Below, one piece after another: positions 31,101 through 44,100 of a stretch of 64,000 bases of DNA (within the stretch, counting starts at the first letter, position 1; every line of letters begins with the position of its first letter). The DNA lies in assembly GCF_009914755.1 (NCBI RefSeq), contig NC_060935.1, one strand, 5' to 3'. Position numbers and translations under genes: made by a program. This DNA is from the human T2T-CHM13v2.0 reference genome, Homo sapiens. The notes under the pieces are model-generated. The model did not search any database, had not been told where the DNA came from, and saw nothing but the letters and a program-made list of their open reading frames with translations.

Positions 31101-31979
31101 ATATCAAAAAATGTGTCTGTAAAGATTAAAGGCATAAGTTGAGCTAATGTTCTTATCTTAATTAAGTACATTTCTTAAACATAGGAATGAGATGCTGAAT
31201 CAAATGGATTGCAACACCTATATTAATGGTTTTAAGCTATGTGTTTAGCAGGCACTAAACAGGCAAGACAAAATTTCCAATTTTTAATTATCTGAACATT
31301 TTTGTAATTGTCTAATCCCATGGGTCTGTTGCAATTGCCAGGATTACCCCAAAGCCATGGAGTCTGCAACATGCAGCATCTTCTTACCATTCATGGCCAC
31401 AGGTATGAGCTATTTGTTCTTCATTTCAACCTCTTAAGCCTTTTGACTCTAACTTAATTGCACTTTCAACTCCATATCTGAGCTGTAGCACCCATCTTTG
31501 ACTTTGGCTCTACTCCCAAACTACATTGCAGATCTCTCCAAGCTCTCTATCTATGCACACTCCCCATCCACCTCCCACTCTCACCCTCACCCACAGCCTC
31601 AGATTACCCTAAATGTACTCTGTCCTAGCTCAGCCAGCTCCCCTCCCAACCCGTATAATTCCCCTGCAATTGGATAGAGACATTTACAGATGCTACTTAG
31701 GCTTGGCTTTGACTCAGTCCCATTAGCGGACCCTGGACAATAATTTATACAACATCATTATATTTCCATTTGTACAGTTTGGTCCAATCTGTTCTCAACC
31801 AACTGACCACACTATTCACCCTGAAGTTCACTGGACCAGATTTTACCTAATAAATGTGATGTAAACCCTATAAGCATTATTTTTCCCTGGATCTTACAAC
31901 TCACTCCCATTCCAAGGTCGGCCTTGCCTTGTACATCTTCTTCCCCCTCCCTTTTCATCAACTCATTTTTCTCAACTGC

Positions 31980-32530
31980 TTTGCCACATGATGCCAAAAT
32001 AAAATGCAAACTCCAGGCCTAGAAGACTCTGAGGTACTCAGGTTCCTGTATACCTCTCAGATCTTATCTTTTAGAATTGCCTCCTCACTGCTCACCCATT
32101 GTGTTTTAGTCACACTGCCCTTTATATACAGCTCTTCTAACATCCTAAGCTTATTCCCAATTTAGAGTCTCCTCACTTGCTCTTCCTTTTGCCTGCCGTG
32201 TTCCTCTTTGAAGTATTCTGCTTACCATTTATGTCTCAGCTCACATATCACCTTGGAAACACACAACTGGGTCACCTTTCCAGCCAAGCTTCATCCTTAA
32301 AGTTTCTGTCCACAACATTTCCCAGTGTTTTGTCCTTTGTACTATTAATTATCATTTCAAATTATCTTAATTATGCATTCATGTTTTTATTATACATTTT
32401 CCCTCATTTAAATATAACTTATTTAAGAGCAGTACATTTTATGTCTTGTTCTCTGTGTTATCACCCATTATGAAGGTGACTGGAAAATAGAAGATTGTCA
32501 TGAAATATTTATTGATTTAATTAATAAAGA
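31980..32530 (+). mobile_element. L2 3' fragment
   Basis: ATAAAATGCAAACTCC, CACTTGCTCTTCCTTTTGCCTG, terminal AAATATTTATTGA. Confidence 0.65.
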
Positions 32531-32590
32531 AGGCAAACCACATAAAAGAGATGGGGGTTACTTAAATGAGTTTTTAATGACTTTGTTCTT

Positions 32591-32899
<309 letters not shown>

Positions 32900-34189
32900 G
32901 ACTTTGTTCTTATTACATCCTTTTTGCTTGATGATATAAGCAAATTATTAATCTAAATTAAGGTAGGCCCCTTATATTGTATAATACACTCATCATTTTA
33001 TTGTGTAAACCATAATTCAAAATTCACTGATGAGGATAAATAAAATTGCTTAAAATGGTGATAAATTTATGCTGGAGAAGATTTAGACAATTAAAATTTT
33101 TTTTTATTTTATGAATCCTCATTGTAGAAAATGCATTTGTCTGGGGGAAAGAGTGTGACTTCATAAGAATACAACAAACTTTTCAAAGACAACAATGACT
33201 CTAATTTCTCACTGTCTGCCCACTGAAAGTTCACATATAATATGATCCATGTTTGCCTTTATGTATTCAAATAAGTTTGTGAAGTCCTAAAAAAGATCTG
33301 GGTATGATATCAGCCACTGGCCTTACAAAGACTATAGAAGGCTTTGATCAAAAGCATTTTTCCTCATTTCATCTCTGCCATGGAACCGGCTGTATGCAGC
33401 CTGGTAAATTGGTACAATTTTTCATTCAGTGTTTCTACTAAATTCCTATATCTCTTCTCAGTTTCATCAAGATGTGTATAGTTATTCTTTTATTAACTTA
33501 AGTGCTATCTTTACATATTAGATTCATCATTTGTAAATGTAATAATACAAACATTTTCTGATGAGTGGTTATGTTGATATATAATTTTTTTCTTTTAAGT
33601 ACAAAGTTCCAGACAAATGTAATGAATCCTTATTCCCTTGGAGACCTCTGAGTTAATCCAAATTTCTACAACATAAAGTAGTTTTATTGTTGCTGTAGTG
33701 AAGATTAACTATAATTTATTAAATGTGGGCTGCTTAATAACTGTGCTATAAACTCGAATCTTAGATATTGAGATTATTGTTTTTATTAGCACTGTTAACT
33801 GAAATTTTCAGATTATGTACATGTCAAGAAACAGCTCATGTAGTTTTGTGTTATTTATGAGATACTTAAGAACATTTGAGCTCAGATGTATAATTCTTAG
33901 GAGACAGATACCTGAAGACAGTAAAAACCTCATATAAAAATAATGGAGAAAGGTTAGTAGTCATTGCATTAAACTATAGTTTCCATCCATTTTGAAGTGA
34001 GTCCAGCATTTCTCCCCAAATTTATGGCTGAGGTTTATAAGCTTCATATTTATCATAAGAGCTTTGTTGGAATCTGCAAACTGTTAAGTGACATAATTTT
34101 ACATTTTACTATATCAAATTGAGTGGCAAGCTTTTGAGGTTACAGAAGAAATTGCTATAGCAGAGATGTAGTCGCTATAATCTTGTTCA

Positions 34190-34400
34190 CTAAAAATAAC
34201 TACTAAGTATGCTGAGTGCTTTCCAAGTGTTTGGCCTTGTACTAAGTGATTTTCATTTATTAATTCACCTAACTCTTCAATGAACTCTGTGAAATAGGTT
34301 CCTTTATCATTTCCATTTACTGAAAATTGTAAAGAGGTCATGAAATTTGCACGAGAGCACTCAATGAAAGAGCTGTGATTTCAAAATTTCAAACTAGGCA
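34190..34400 (-). mobile_element. MIR
   Basis: AACTCTGTGAAATAGGTTCCTTTATCATTTCCATTTACTG...GAGGTCATGAAATTTGC. Confidence 0.65.
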
Positions 34401-34414
34401 CTTTTTTCATTATT

Positions 34415-34780
34415 TTTTTTTCATTCTTCCAGCTTCACTGAGGCATAATTGGCATATAAAAATTGAATATATTCAAAACGTGCAATGTGATGATTCTGTA
34501 CATGAATCCATTGTGTAATGATTACATTATATTCAGATATTAATAATCACACATCGTTACAATTGTGTGTGTGTGTGAAGACACTTAAGATCTACTATCA
34601 TAGCAAATTTCCAGTAAATAAAGTATTATTAACCACAGTCACCATGTTGTATATTAGATTCCTATAATTTATTCAGCTAATAACTAAAAATTTGTACCCT
34701 GTGACTAACATCTCCCCATTTCTCCCAACCCCCTATCCCCTGGCAACCACTCCTCTACTCGGCTTCTGTGAGTTTGCCTT
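34415..34780 (-). mobile_element. L1MA/MB 3' end
   Basis: CACTTAAGATCTACT...AGCAAATTTC...AGTCACCATGTTGTATATTAGAT...CCCCTGGCAACCAC. Confidence 0.8.
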
Positions 34781-35854
34781 TCTAATCTCCCCTAAATGGT
34801 CTCTGATCTTCCGGTCTAGCACACAAAAGGAACAGGAATTTGGAAGGAGAATGGGCCAGATATGGCCAAGGAGAAGAGGAACAACTCTTCATTCATCCTA
34901 TATTCTGTGACACAGAGTTTGATTTCTTCATAAAATAATAATTGCCTTTCTAGACTAAGTAAAACTAATTCTTTAAAGACCAGGCCACATTTTGTTTTTT
35001 ATTTTAATTCAGTCTTTTGTAGTTTCTCCAATATATATGTACTTTTTTCATTCTTTGGCAGCCACTTATGATGTGTGAAAGTCATACCCAAGTTTACCTT
35101 CATGTGTTGTAATTATAATTTTTGTTTATGGAGCCATTTATTTGCTCATTCCTCAAAATTTCATTGAATATGTCTGCGAACCATGTATTAAGAAAACAGG
35201 GAGGAATAAGGTAAGCTATCTGACCTTGAGTATCTTACCTTTGGTATAAAAAAATTCTCACATATAAAACTCATGTGTAATCCTGTGGTTACATAAGACA
35301 AAACAAAATTGTATTGATTACAATCAAACCACTTACATTTCTATGATTTCTTAAACTGCAAGAGGTAAAACGGAAAATTCTCGAGGAAGTAGATTAATAG
35401 TTAAGAAAATGAAGAACTTATTGAGTAAATTGACTGTGGAACTGAAGCCACAAATGAAATTATAAATACCCCAAAATCTTTGGCTACTGAAATAAATAAA
35501 TATAATAAGGCATACTGAATAAAGAGAATGTTAGTGGCTTTTTACACACCTGCTCAATTTAGTTAAATACAAATTATGTGATTGATTTATTTTGATGTAT
35601 AATTGATGTATTTACAAATGATTTGTAAGTACAAATTACACAATTATACAATTGGTTTAATAGAAATTATACAATTGTACACATAAGTACAATTACACTA
35701 GAGTGTTTACACTACTTTGTCTCTTAAAATTTGATATAAACTCCTCCAATTTCCTTTCAATTTATTATTATGCTTGTTAGTACATTTTGCTTTGTTCCAG
35801 ACACAGGCATGCCAGTGAATGTATTTTCACTGTCTGTACTCCATAGAATTTTAA

Positions 35855-38220
35855 ATAACACATTTTATGGAGATACAATTCATGCGCCCTATAATTCACA
35901 CATCTAATGTGTAAAATTAATTCAAAATCGTGCACACATCACCATGATCAATTTTAGAATATTTTCATTACCCCAAAAAAGAATTCCACACCATTGGCAA
36001 TCACTTCCCATTCTTTCCCGCCCCGAATCCTAGACAATCACTAATGTATTTCTATCTCCATAAATTTGCCTGTTTTGAACATTTCATATAAATGAAGTCA
36101 TGCAATATTTCATCTCTCTGACTTGTTTCTTTCAATTAGCATAATGTTCTCAAGGTTTAACTGTGTTGTACTATGTGCCAATAATTTATTCATTTTAATT
36201 GTCAAATAATATTCTATTCTATACATATACCATATTTCTATCCTTTCATCAGTTCATCAACATTTGTGTGGTTTTTACTTTTTTTACTTTAATAAATAAT
36301 GCTGCTATGAACATTCATCAAAAATTTTCTGTGTGAGCATGTTTTCATTTATTTTAGGTATGTACACGGGAACAGAAATGTTATGTCCTATGGTATCTAT
36401 AAATTTCACTTTTTGAGGAACTGCAAACTGTTTTCCAAAGTAGATGAACAATTTTAGATTCTGATTAGCGATGTATGGAGATTTCCATTTTTCCACATCC
36501 TGTCCGGCACTTGTCATCTGTGAATAGATACAATTTTACTTTCTCCTTTCCTATATAAAAGTCTTTTTTTTTTTTTCCCTGTGGTTGCCTACCACCACTA
36601 CAATTTTGAGTAGAAATTATGAAAGCCAACATCCCTGACTTGTTGCTGATCTTATACCCAACATTAGGCATAAATTTAGCCGTGTATTTTTAACAGATAT
36701 TCTTTAGCAGGCTGAGGAAGCTCTGTTTTATTCCTAGCTTGTTGAGTATATTTATCAGGAAGAGTAGTAGTTGAATTTTGTATAGCGATTTTTCTTTATC
36801 TATTGAGACATTCAAGTGACTTTTTGGTTTTATAAGTATGGTGTACTACATTAATTGATTTTTGGATGTCAAACCAAATTTGAAGTCTGAGGATAAAACC
36901 CACCTTGTTATGGGACATAATCTTTTTATATATTGCTGAGTTCAGTTTTCTAGCATTTTGTTAATGATTTATGTGTCTATATTAGTAAGATATTTATGGT
37001 TTTCTTTTCTTACATTTTTTTCTGGCTATTGTATTAGGATAATACTAGACCCATAAAATGAGATGAGAATTTTTCTTTTTTCTGTTTTCTGGAAAAGTCT
37101 GTGAAAAAAAATTATAAAAAAATCTTTTTTAGAAGTTTGGTAAATTTTACCAGTAAATTCTTTTGAGTATGTGCTTTTTTTGTGTGTGGTAGTTACTACC
37201 TCAATCTCTTTACTTGTTACAGGACTGTTTAGATTTCGTATTTCTAAGGCAGCTTCAGTTCTTTTCTAGGAATTGTCAGTTTCACCTATGATATCCAATT
37301 TTTCAACATACATTTGTTAAAAATATTACCTTATAATCCTTTTTATTTCTGTAAAGTTCGTGGTAATGTTACTTCATTCCTGATTTGTAATCCCCTCTTC
37401 TTACACTGGTCAGTCTAGCTAAAAGTTTGTCAATTCTGTGGATCTTTCAAATAAACAACTTTTGGTTTAATTAATTCTTCCTATTGATTTTCTCTTTTCC
37501 ATTTGATTAATTCTCACTCTATTTCTTATTATTTATCTTTTCTGTTTAATTCTGGTTTACTGTGATTTTCCCCCAGCGTCTTAACATAAAAGTTAGATTA
37601 AGATATTTCTTCTTTTATAATTTAATCCTTTTCATCTGTAAATTTATATCTCATCACTGCTTTCATGGCAGCCCCAAAGTTTGGGGTTATTGTACCTTCA
37701 TTTTTATTCATCTTGATATTTTCTCTAATTTTTGTTTTTTGTTGGCTTATTGGTTATTTAGTAGTGTTTTAATTTTCACATATTTGTGAATTTCCAAATT
37801 GTCTTCTTTGTTTATAATTTTGCTCCATTGTTGTTGAATAAGCTATTTCATTCAATTATTTTAAATTTGTTAAAGTTTTTTGTTTTATATTTAATAGGGT
37901 TTCATGTGCATTTGAGAAAAAAATTCTATCTTATTACCGTTAGATTGAGTATCCTACGGATGTCTGTTAGGTATAGATGGTTTATAATTTGTTCAAGTCT
38001 CTTACTTCCTTGCTGATCTTCATAGTTGTTCAGTCTATTAATAAAATAATATTTTAATCTCCAATTATTTTCTATTTATTCAATTATATTGTTTGTTTTA
38101 CTTATTCTAGTGTTTTGTGTTTAGTTATATATACTTAAAAACTGTTACATTGTGTTAAAAATTGTCCTTTTAATTACTATAAAATGTTTTTCTTTATTTC
38201 TAACTACATTTGAATTTGTG
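35855..38220 (-). mobile_element. Old L1M (3' end plus deleted ORF2), host of the THE1 and HERV-W insertions
   Basis: T-rich antisense L1 motifs (TTTTGAGGAACTGCAAACTGTTTTCCAAAG; GGTCAGTCTAGCTAAAAGTTTGTCAATT). Confidence 0.85.
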
Positions 38221-38222
38221 TG

Positions 38223-38577
38223 TGTATTGGTCCATTTTCACGCTGCTGCTAAAGTCATACCTGAGACTGGGTTACAAAAGAAACAGGTTTAATGGACTTA
38301 CAGTCCAAATGGCTAGGGAGGCCTCACAATCATGGCACAAGACAAAAGCCACTTCTCACATGGTGGTGGCAAGAGAGAGAATGAGAGAGACCGAAAGCAG
38401 AAACCCCTTATAAAACAATCAGCTCTCGTGAGAAATATTTACTACCACTAGAACAGTATGGCAGAAACTGCCCCCATGGTTCAATTATCTCCCACTGTGT
38501 CCCTCCTACAACACATGGAATTATGGGATACAACTCAAAATGAGATTAGGGTGGGGACACAGAGCCAAACCATAGCA
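38223..38577 (-). mobile_element. THE1 (THE1B/C-like) 3' LTR
   Basis: TGTATTGGTCCATTTTCACGCTGCT...GGGGACACAGAGCCAAACCATAGCA; adjacent polypurine tract GGCCAGGGGCAGAA on the minus strand. Confidence 0.92.
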
Positions 38578-39459
38578 TTCTGCCCCTGGCCACTCCCGAA
38601 TCTCATGCCCTCACATTTCAAAACCAATCATGTCTCCCAAAGTCTTAACTCATTTCAGCATTAACTCAAAAGTCCACAACCCAAAGTCTTATCTGAGACA
38701 GGGTATGTCCCTTCTGCCTCTGAGCCTGTAAAATGAAAAGCAAGTTAGTTACTTCCTAGATACAATGGGTGTACAGACATTGGGTAAATACAACTGCTCC
38801 AAATGGGAGAAACGGCCAAAACAAAGGGGCTACAGGCCTTGTGCAAATACAAAATCCAGCAGGGCCGTCAAATCTTAAAGCTCCAAAATGATCTCCTTTG
38901 ACTCCATGTCTCACATCTGGGTCACGCTGATGCAAGAGGTGGGCTCCTGTGGCCTTGTGAAGCTCTGACCCTGTGACTTTGCAGGGTACAGCCCCATTCC
39001 TGGCTGCTTTTATGGGCTGGCATTGAGTGTCTGCAGCTTTTCCAGGCCCATGATGCAAGCTGTTGATGGATCTATCATTCTAGGGTCTGGAGGGCGGTGG
39101 CCCTCTTCTCACAGCTCCGCTAAGCAGTGCCTCAGTAGGGACTCTGTGTTGGGGTTTGGATCCCACATTTCCTTTTGGCGCTGCTCTAACAGAGGTTCTC
39201 CATGAGCACTCTGCCCCCATAGCAAGTTTCTGCCTAGACATCTGGGCATTTCCATACATCTTCTGAAATCTAGGTGGAAGGTCCTAAACCTCAATTCTTG
39301 ACGTTTGTGCTCCCTCAGGCTCAACACTAGATGGAAGCTGCCAAGGCTTGGGGCTTGCACCTTTTGAAGCCACAGCCCAAGCTGTATCTTGGCCCCTTTT
39401 AGTCATGGCTGGAGTGGTTTGGACACAGGGGACCAAGTCCCCATACTGCACATAGCAGA
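38578..39459 (-). mobile_element. THE1 internal region, truncated
   Basis: MaLR-internal motifs CTCCAAAATGATCTCCTTTGACTCCATGTCTCACATC, GGATCTATCATTCTAGGGTCTGGAGG; stops abruptly near 39459 with no second LTR. Confidence 0.9.
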
Positions 39460-39558
39460 AGGATTGTCTGTCTCACAGCTTTGCCTAGTGAGCCTATGTA
39501 AGTCAATACTAGCGGAAGGACAACATAGCACCCAACAGTTTATTAACTGGACTTTAGC

Positions 39559-40436
39559 ACTCAACCCTGAGCACAAAGGCAATGTTGGGCACGCTGGTAA
39601 AGGACCACTAGAATCCAGCAGCCCAGACCCCTTTCTTTGCAGTCAAGAAAGGCGGGAAAAGGGGTGCAGGACTGCTACATTGGTGAGCGTAACTAATCCG
39701 ATAAGCGGAGGTCCATGGGTGGTTACACACCATGGAAAGGAATAAGCATTAGGACCAGAGAGGATGCTCTAGGACTAATGATCATTGGAAAATGACTAGG
39801 GGTGCTGGCATCATTATGTTCTTTTTTCAGCACATAAAAACCAGCAAGTCCATCTTTTTCTCCTTGCTCTCCTTCTCATAGGTAAAAGGCACACAGGATA
39901 AACAGGATCCATCGCTCATATTTTGTACCCAAAAGGACTTAATCTGGGGCAACAAAAAGTATAAGATTGAAAATTAGGGCATATTCCTACAAAGGAAAAG
40001 AAGGACAAAGGCCCTAGTAGGCAAAAACTCTATCTCAATCCTGACTCAAAAAATTACCTACACCCTCTCTGAAATGAATTTGCTAGGATGTTCTTTATGG
40101 GAATGCACCTTGATGGGGCAACTGGGTGGTTATGAAATACTCAGGAATCCAGCCCAGCTCTAGAACTCAACCCTGAGCACAAAGGCAATGTTGGGCACGC
40201 TGGTAAAGGACCACTAGAATCCAGCAGCCCAGACCCCTTTCTTTGCAGTCAAGAAAGGCGGGAAAAGGGGTGCAGGACTGCTACATTGGTGAGCGTAACT
40301 AATCTGATAAGCGGAGGTCCATGGGTGGTTACGCACCGTGGAAAGGAATAAGCATTAGGACCAGAGAGGATGCTCTAGGACTAATGATCATTAGAAAATG
40401 ACTAGGGGTGCTGGCATAATTATGTTCTTTTTTCAG
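39559..40436 (+). repeat. 272-bp direct repeat, copies at 39559-39830 and 40165-40436
   Basis: Both run ACTCAACCCTGAGCAC...TATGTTCTTTTTTCAG; about 5 mismatches by eye. Confidence 0.95.
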
Positions 40437-41908
40437 ATGGGAAACATTCCCCACAAGGCAAAAATGCCCCTAAGATGTATTCTGGAGAACTGGGACCAAT
40501 TTGACCCTCAGATGCTATGAAAGAAATGACTTATATTCTTCTGCAGTCCCACCTGGCCACAATATCCTCTTCAAGGGGGAGAAACCTGGCCTCCTGAGGG
40601 AAGTATACATTATAACACCATCTTACAGCTAGACCTATTTTGTAGAAAGGAGGGCAAATGGAGTGAAGTGCCATATGTGCAAACTTTCTTTTCATTAAGA
40701 GACAACTCGCAATTATGTAAAAAGTGTAATTTATGCCCTACAGGAAGCCCTCAGAGTCTACACTTCCCTGCCCCGGTGTTCCCCCAGCTCCTTTCCCAAC
40801 TAATAAGGACCCCCCTTCAACCCAAACAGTCCAAAAAGAGATAGACAAAGGGGTAAACAATGAACCCAAGAGTGCCAATATTCCCCGATTATTCCCCCTC
40901 CAAGCGGTGGGAGGAGGAGAATTTGGCCCAGTCAGAGTGCATGTACCTTTTTCCCTCTCAGACTTGAAGCAAATTAAAATAGACCTAGGTAAATTCTCAG
41001 ATAACCTTGATGGCTATATTGATGTTTTACAAGGGTTAGGGCAATCCTTTGATCTGACATGGAGAGATATAATGTTACTGCTAAATCAGACACTAACCCC
41101 AAATGAGAGAAGTGCCGCCATAACTGCAGCCCGAGAGTTTGGTGATCTCTGGTATCTCAGTCAGGTCAATGATAGGATGACAACAGAGGAAGGAGAACAA
41201 TTCCCCACAGGCCAGCAGGCAGTTCCCAGTGTAGATCCTCAATGGGATACAAAATCAGAACATGGAGATTGGTGCCACAAACATTTGCTAACTGGCATGC
41301 TAGAAGGACTAAGGAAAACTAGGAAGAAGCCTTTGAATTATTCAATGATGTCCACTCTAACACAGGGAAAGGAAGAAAATCCTACCGTCTTTCTGGAGAC
41401 ACTAAAGGAGGCATTGAGGAAGCATACCTGTCACCTGTCTCTATTGAAGGGCAACTAATCTTAAAAGATAAGTTTATCACTCAGTCAGCTGCAGACATTA
41501 GAAAAAAACTTCAAAACTCCACCTTAGGCCCAGAGCAAAACTTAGAAGCCCTATTGAACTTGGCAACCTCGGCTTTTTTATAATAGAGATCAGAAGGAGC
41601 AGGTGGAACAGGGCAAACGGGATTAAAAAAAAAAAAAGGTCACCGCTTTAGTCATGGTCCTCAAGCAAGCAGACTTTGGAGGCTCTGGAAAAGGGAAAGG
41701 CTGGCCAAATTGAATGCCTAATAAGGCTTGCTTCCAGTGCAGTCTACATGGACACTTTAAAAAAGATTGTCTGAATAGAAATAAGCCACCCCCTCGTCCA
41801 TGCCCCTTATGTGAAGGGAATCACTGGGAGGCCCACTTCCCCCAGGGAATGAAGGTCCTCTGAGTCAGAAGCCACTAACCTTTGAGATGATCCAGCAGCA
41901 GGACTGAG
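40437..41908 (+). pseudogene. gag: HERV-W gag, disrupted (longest open stretch 40733-41458, capsid region)
   Basis: MGNIPHK start with early TGA; capsid VHVPFSLSDL; major homology region QGKEENPTVFLETLKEAL; CCHC knuckle CFQCSLHGHFKKDC near 41729-41770; several stops and frameshifts. Confidence 0.92.
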
Positions 41909-42228
41909 GGTGCCCGGGGCAAGCGCCAGCCCATGCCATCACCCTCAAAGAGCCCCGGGTATGCTTGACCATTGAAGGCCAGGAGGTTAACTGTCTCCTG
42001 GACACTGGCGTGGCCTTCTCAGTCTTACTGACCTGTCCTGGACATCTGTCCTCCAGATCTGTCACTATCCGAGGGGTCCTAGGACAGGCAATCACTAGAT
42101 ACTTCTCCCAGACACTAAGTTGTGAGTGGGGAACTTTACTCTTTTCACATGCCTTTCTAATTATGCCTGAAAGCCCCACTCCTTTGTTAGGGAGAGACAT
42201 GCTAGCAAAAGCAGGGGCCATTATACAC
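41909..42228 (+). pseudogene. pro: Retroviral aspartic protease
   Basis: LLDTG active site and PLLGRD motif in ORF 41965-42231. Confidence 0.92.
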
Positions 42229-43680
42229 TAGAATTAGGAGAAGGAAAAAGGGTAAATATATATAGAGACTCCAAGTATGCTTACCTAGTCCTCCATGCCC
42301 ACTCAGCAATATAGAGAGAAAGGGAATTCCTAACTTCTAAAGAGGTGGCAGTCTTACACTGCTGGGGTCATCAGAAAGGAAAGGAAAGGGAAATAGAAGG
42401 GAACCACCAAGCAGATATTGAAGACAAAAGAACTGTAAGGCAGGACGCTCCATTAGAAATGCTTATAGAAGGACCCCTAGTATGGTGTAATCCCCCCTGG
42501 GAAACCAAGCCCCAGTACTCAGCAAGAGAAATACAATGGGGAAACTCACGAGGACATAGTTTCCTCCCCTCAGGATGGCTAGCCCATTAAGAAGGAAAAA
42601 TACTTTTGCCTGCAGCTAACCAACAGAAATTACTTAAAACCCTTCACCAAACCTTTCACTTAGGCATTGATAGCACCCATCAGATGGCCAAAACATTATT
42701 TACTGGACTAGGCCTTTTCAAAACTATCAAGCAGATAGTCAGGGCCTGTGAAGTGTGCCAAAGAAATAATCCCCTGCCTTATTGCCAAGCTCCTTCAGGA
42801 GAACAAAGAACAGGCCACTACCCAGGAGAAGACTGGCAACTAGATTTTACCCACATGCCCAAATCTCAGGGATTTCAGTATCTACTTGTTTGGGTAGATA
42901 CTTTCACTGGTTGGGCAGAGGCCTTCCCTTGTAGGACAGAAAAGGCCCAAGAGGTAATAAAGGCACTAATTCGTGAAATAATTCCCAGATTCGTACTTCC
43001 CCGAGGCTTACAGAGTGACAATGGCCCCGCTTTCAAGGCTGCAGTAACCCAGGGAGTATCCCAGAAATTAGGCATACAATATCACTTATACTGCACCTGG
43101 AGGCCACAATCCTCAGGAAAAATTGAGAAAATAAACCAAACACTCAAGCAACATCTAAAAATGCTAACCCAAGAAACCCACCTTGCACGGCCTGCTCTGT
43201 TGCCTATAGCCTTACTAAGAATCCAAAACTATCCACATAAAGCAGGACTTAGCGCATACAAAATGCTGTATGGATGGCCCTTCCTAACCAATGACCTTGT
43301 GCTTGACCGAGAGACAGCCAACTTAGTTGCAGACATCACCTCCTTAGCCAAATATCAACAAGTTCTTAAAACATTGTAGGCAACTTGTCCCCGAGAGGAG
43401 GGAAAGGAATTATTCCACCCTGGTGACATATTGTATTAGTCAAGTCCCTTCCCTCTAATTCCCCATCCCTAGACACATCCTGGGAAGGACCCTATCCAGT
43501 CATTTTATCTACCCCAACTGTGGTTAAAGGGGCTGGAGTGGAGTCTTGGACACATCACACTTGAGTCAAACCCTGGATACCGCCAAAGGAGCCTGAAAAT
43601 CCAGGAGACAACGCTAGCTATTCCTATGAACCTCTAGAGGATCTGTGCCCGCTCTTCAAGCAACAACCATGAGGAAAGTA
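42229..43680 (+). pseudogene. pol: pol remnant: RNase H C-terminal part and integrase (ORF 42606-43379)
   Basis: DSKYAYLVLHAH and HQKG...GNHQAD RNase H motifs; IN HQTFH...CEVC, WQLDF, SDNG-X35-E; TAG at 43377 cuts off the C-terminal domain; no RT YxDD region present. Confidence 0.93.
43450..43472 (+). promoter_or_regulatory. Putative env splice acceptor
   Basis: CCCTTCCCTCTAATTCCCCATCCCTAG: branch-like CTAAT, pyrimidine tract and AG about 230 nt upstream of the env ATG, as expected for HERV-W. Confidence 0.6.
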
Positions 43681-43699
43681 ACTAGAATCATAGATCCCC

Positions 43700-44100
43700 A
43701 TGGCCTTCCCTTGTCATATTTTTCTTTTTACTGTTCTCTTACCCCTTTCACTCTCACTGCACCTCCTCCATGCCACTGTACTACCAGTAGCTCCCCTTAC
43801 CAAGAGCTTCTATGGAGAATGTGGCTTCCCAGAAATATTGATGCCCCATCGTATGGAGTTTTTCTAAAGGAAACCCCACTTTCACCACCCACGCCCTTAT
43901 GCCATGCAACAGCTATAACTCTGACACTCTTTGCATGCATGCAAATACTTCTTATTGGACAGGAAAAAATAATTAATCCTAATTGTGCTGCAGGGCTTGG
44001 AGCCACTGTCTGTTGGACTTAACTTCACCCATACTGGTATGACTGATGGGGGTTGAGTTCAAGATCAGGCAAGAGAAAAACACGTAGAGGAAGTAATCTC
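43700..44100 (+). pseudogene. env: HERV-W env 5' fragment (syncytin-1 paralogue), frameshifted with stops
   Basis: MAFPCHIFLFTVLLP / FTLTAPPPCHCTTSSSPYQELLWRM...NIDAPSY / INPNC..GLGATVCWT* / MTDGG*VQDQAREKHVEEVIS. Confidence 0.93.

Noticed and set aside
35600-35700. Repeated TACAATT/TACAAAT words resembling an array
   Set aside because: Irregular spacing, degenerate low-complexity sequence; not a CRISPR-like or defined tandem array.
39389-39745. 118-aa ORF crossing the THE1/HERV-W junction as a chimeric gene
   Set aside because: Non-ATG start, made of antisense THE1-int and non-coding leader, no recognisable domain.
40733-41458. 241-aa ORF as a functional or domesticated Gag/capsid gene
   Set aside because: Fragment between frameshifts of a decayed gag, with no LTR promoter upstream; no evidence of selection from sequence alone.
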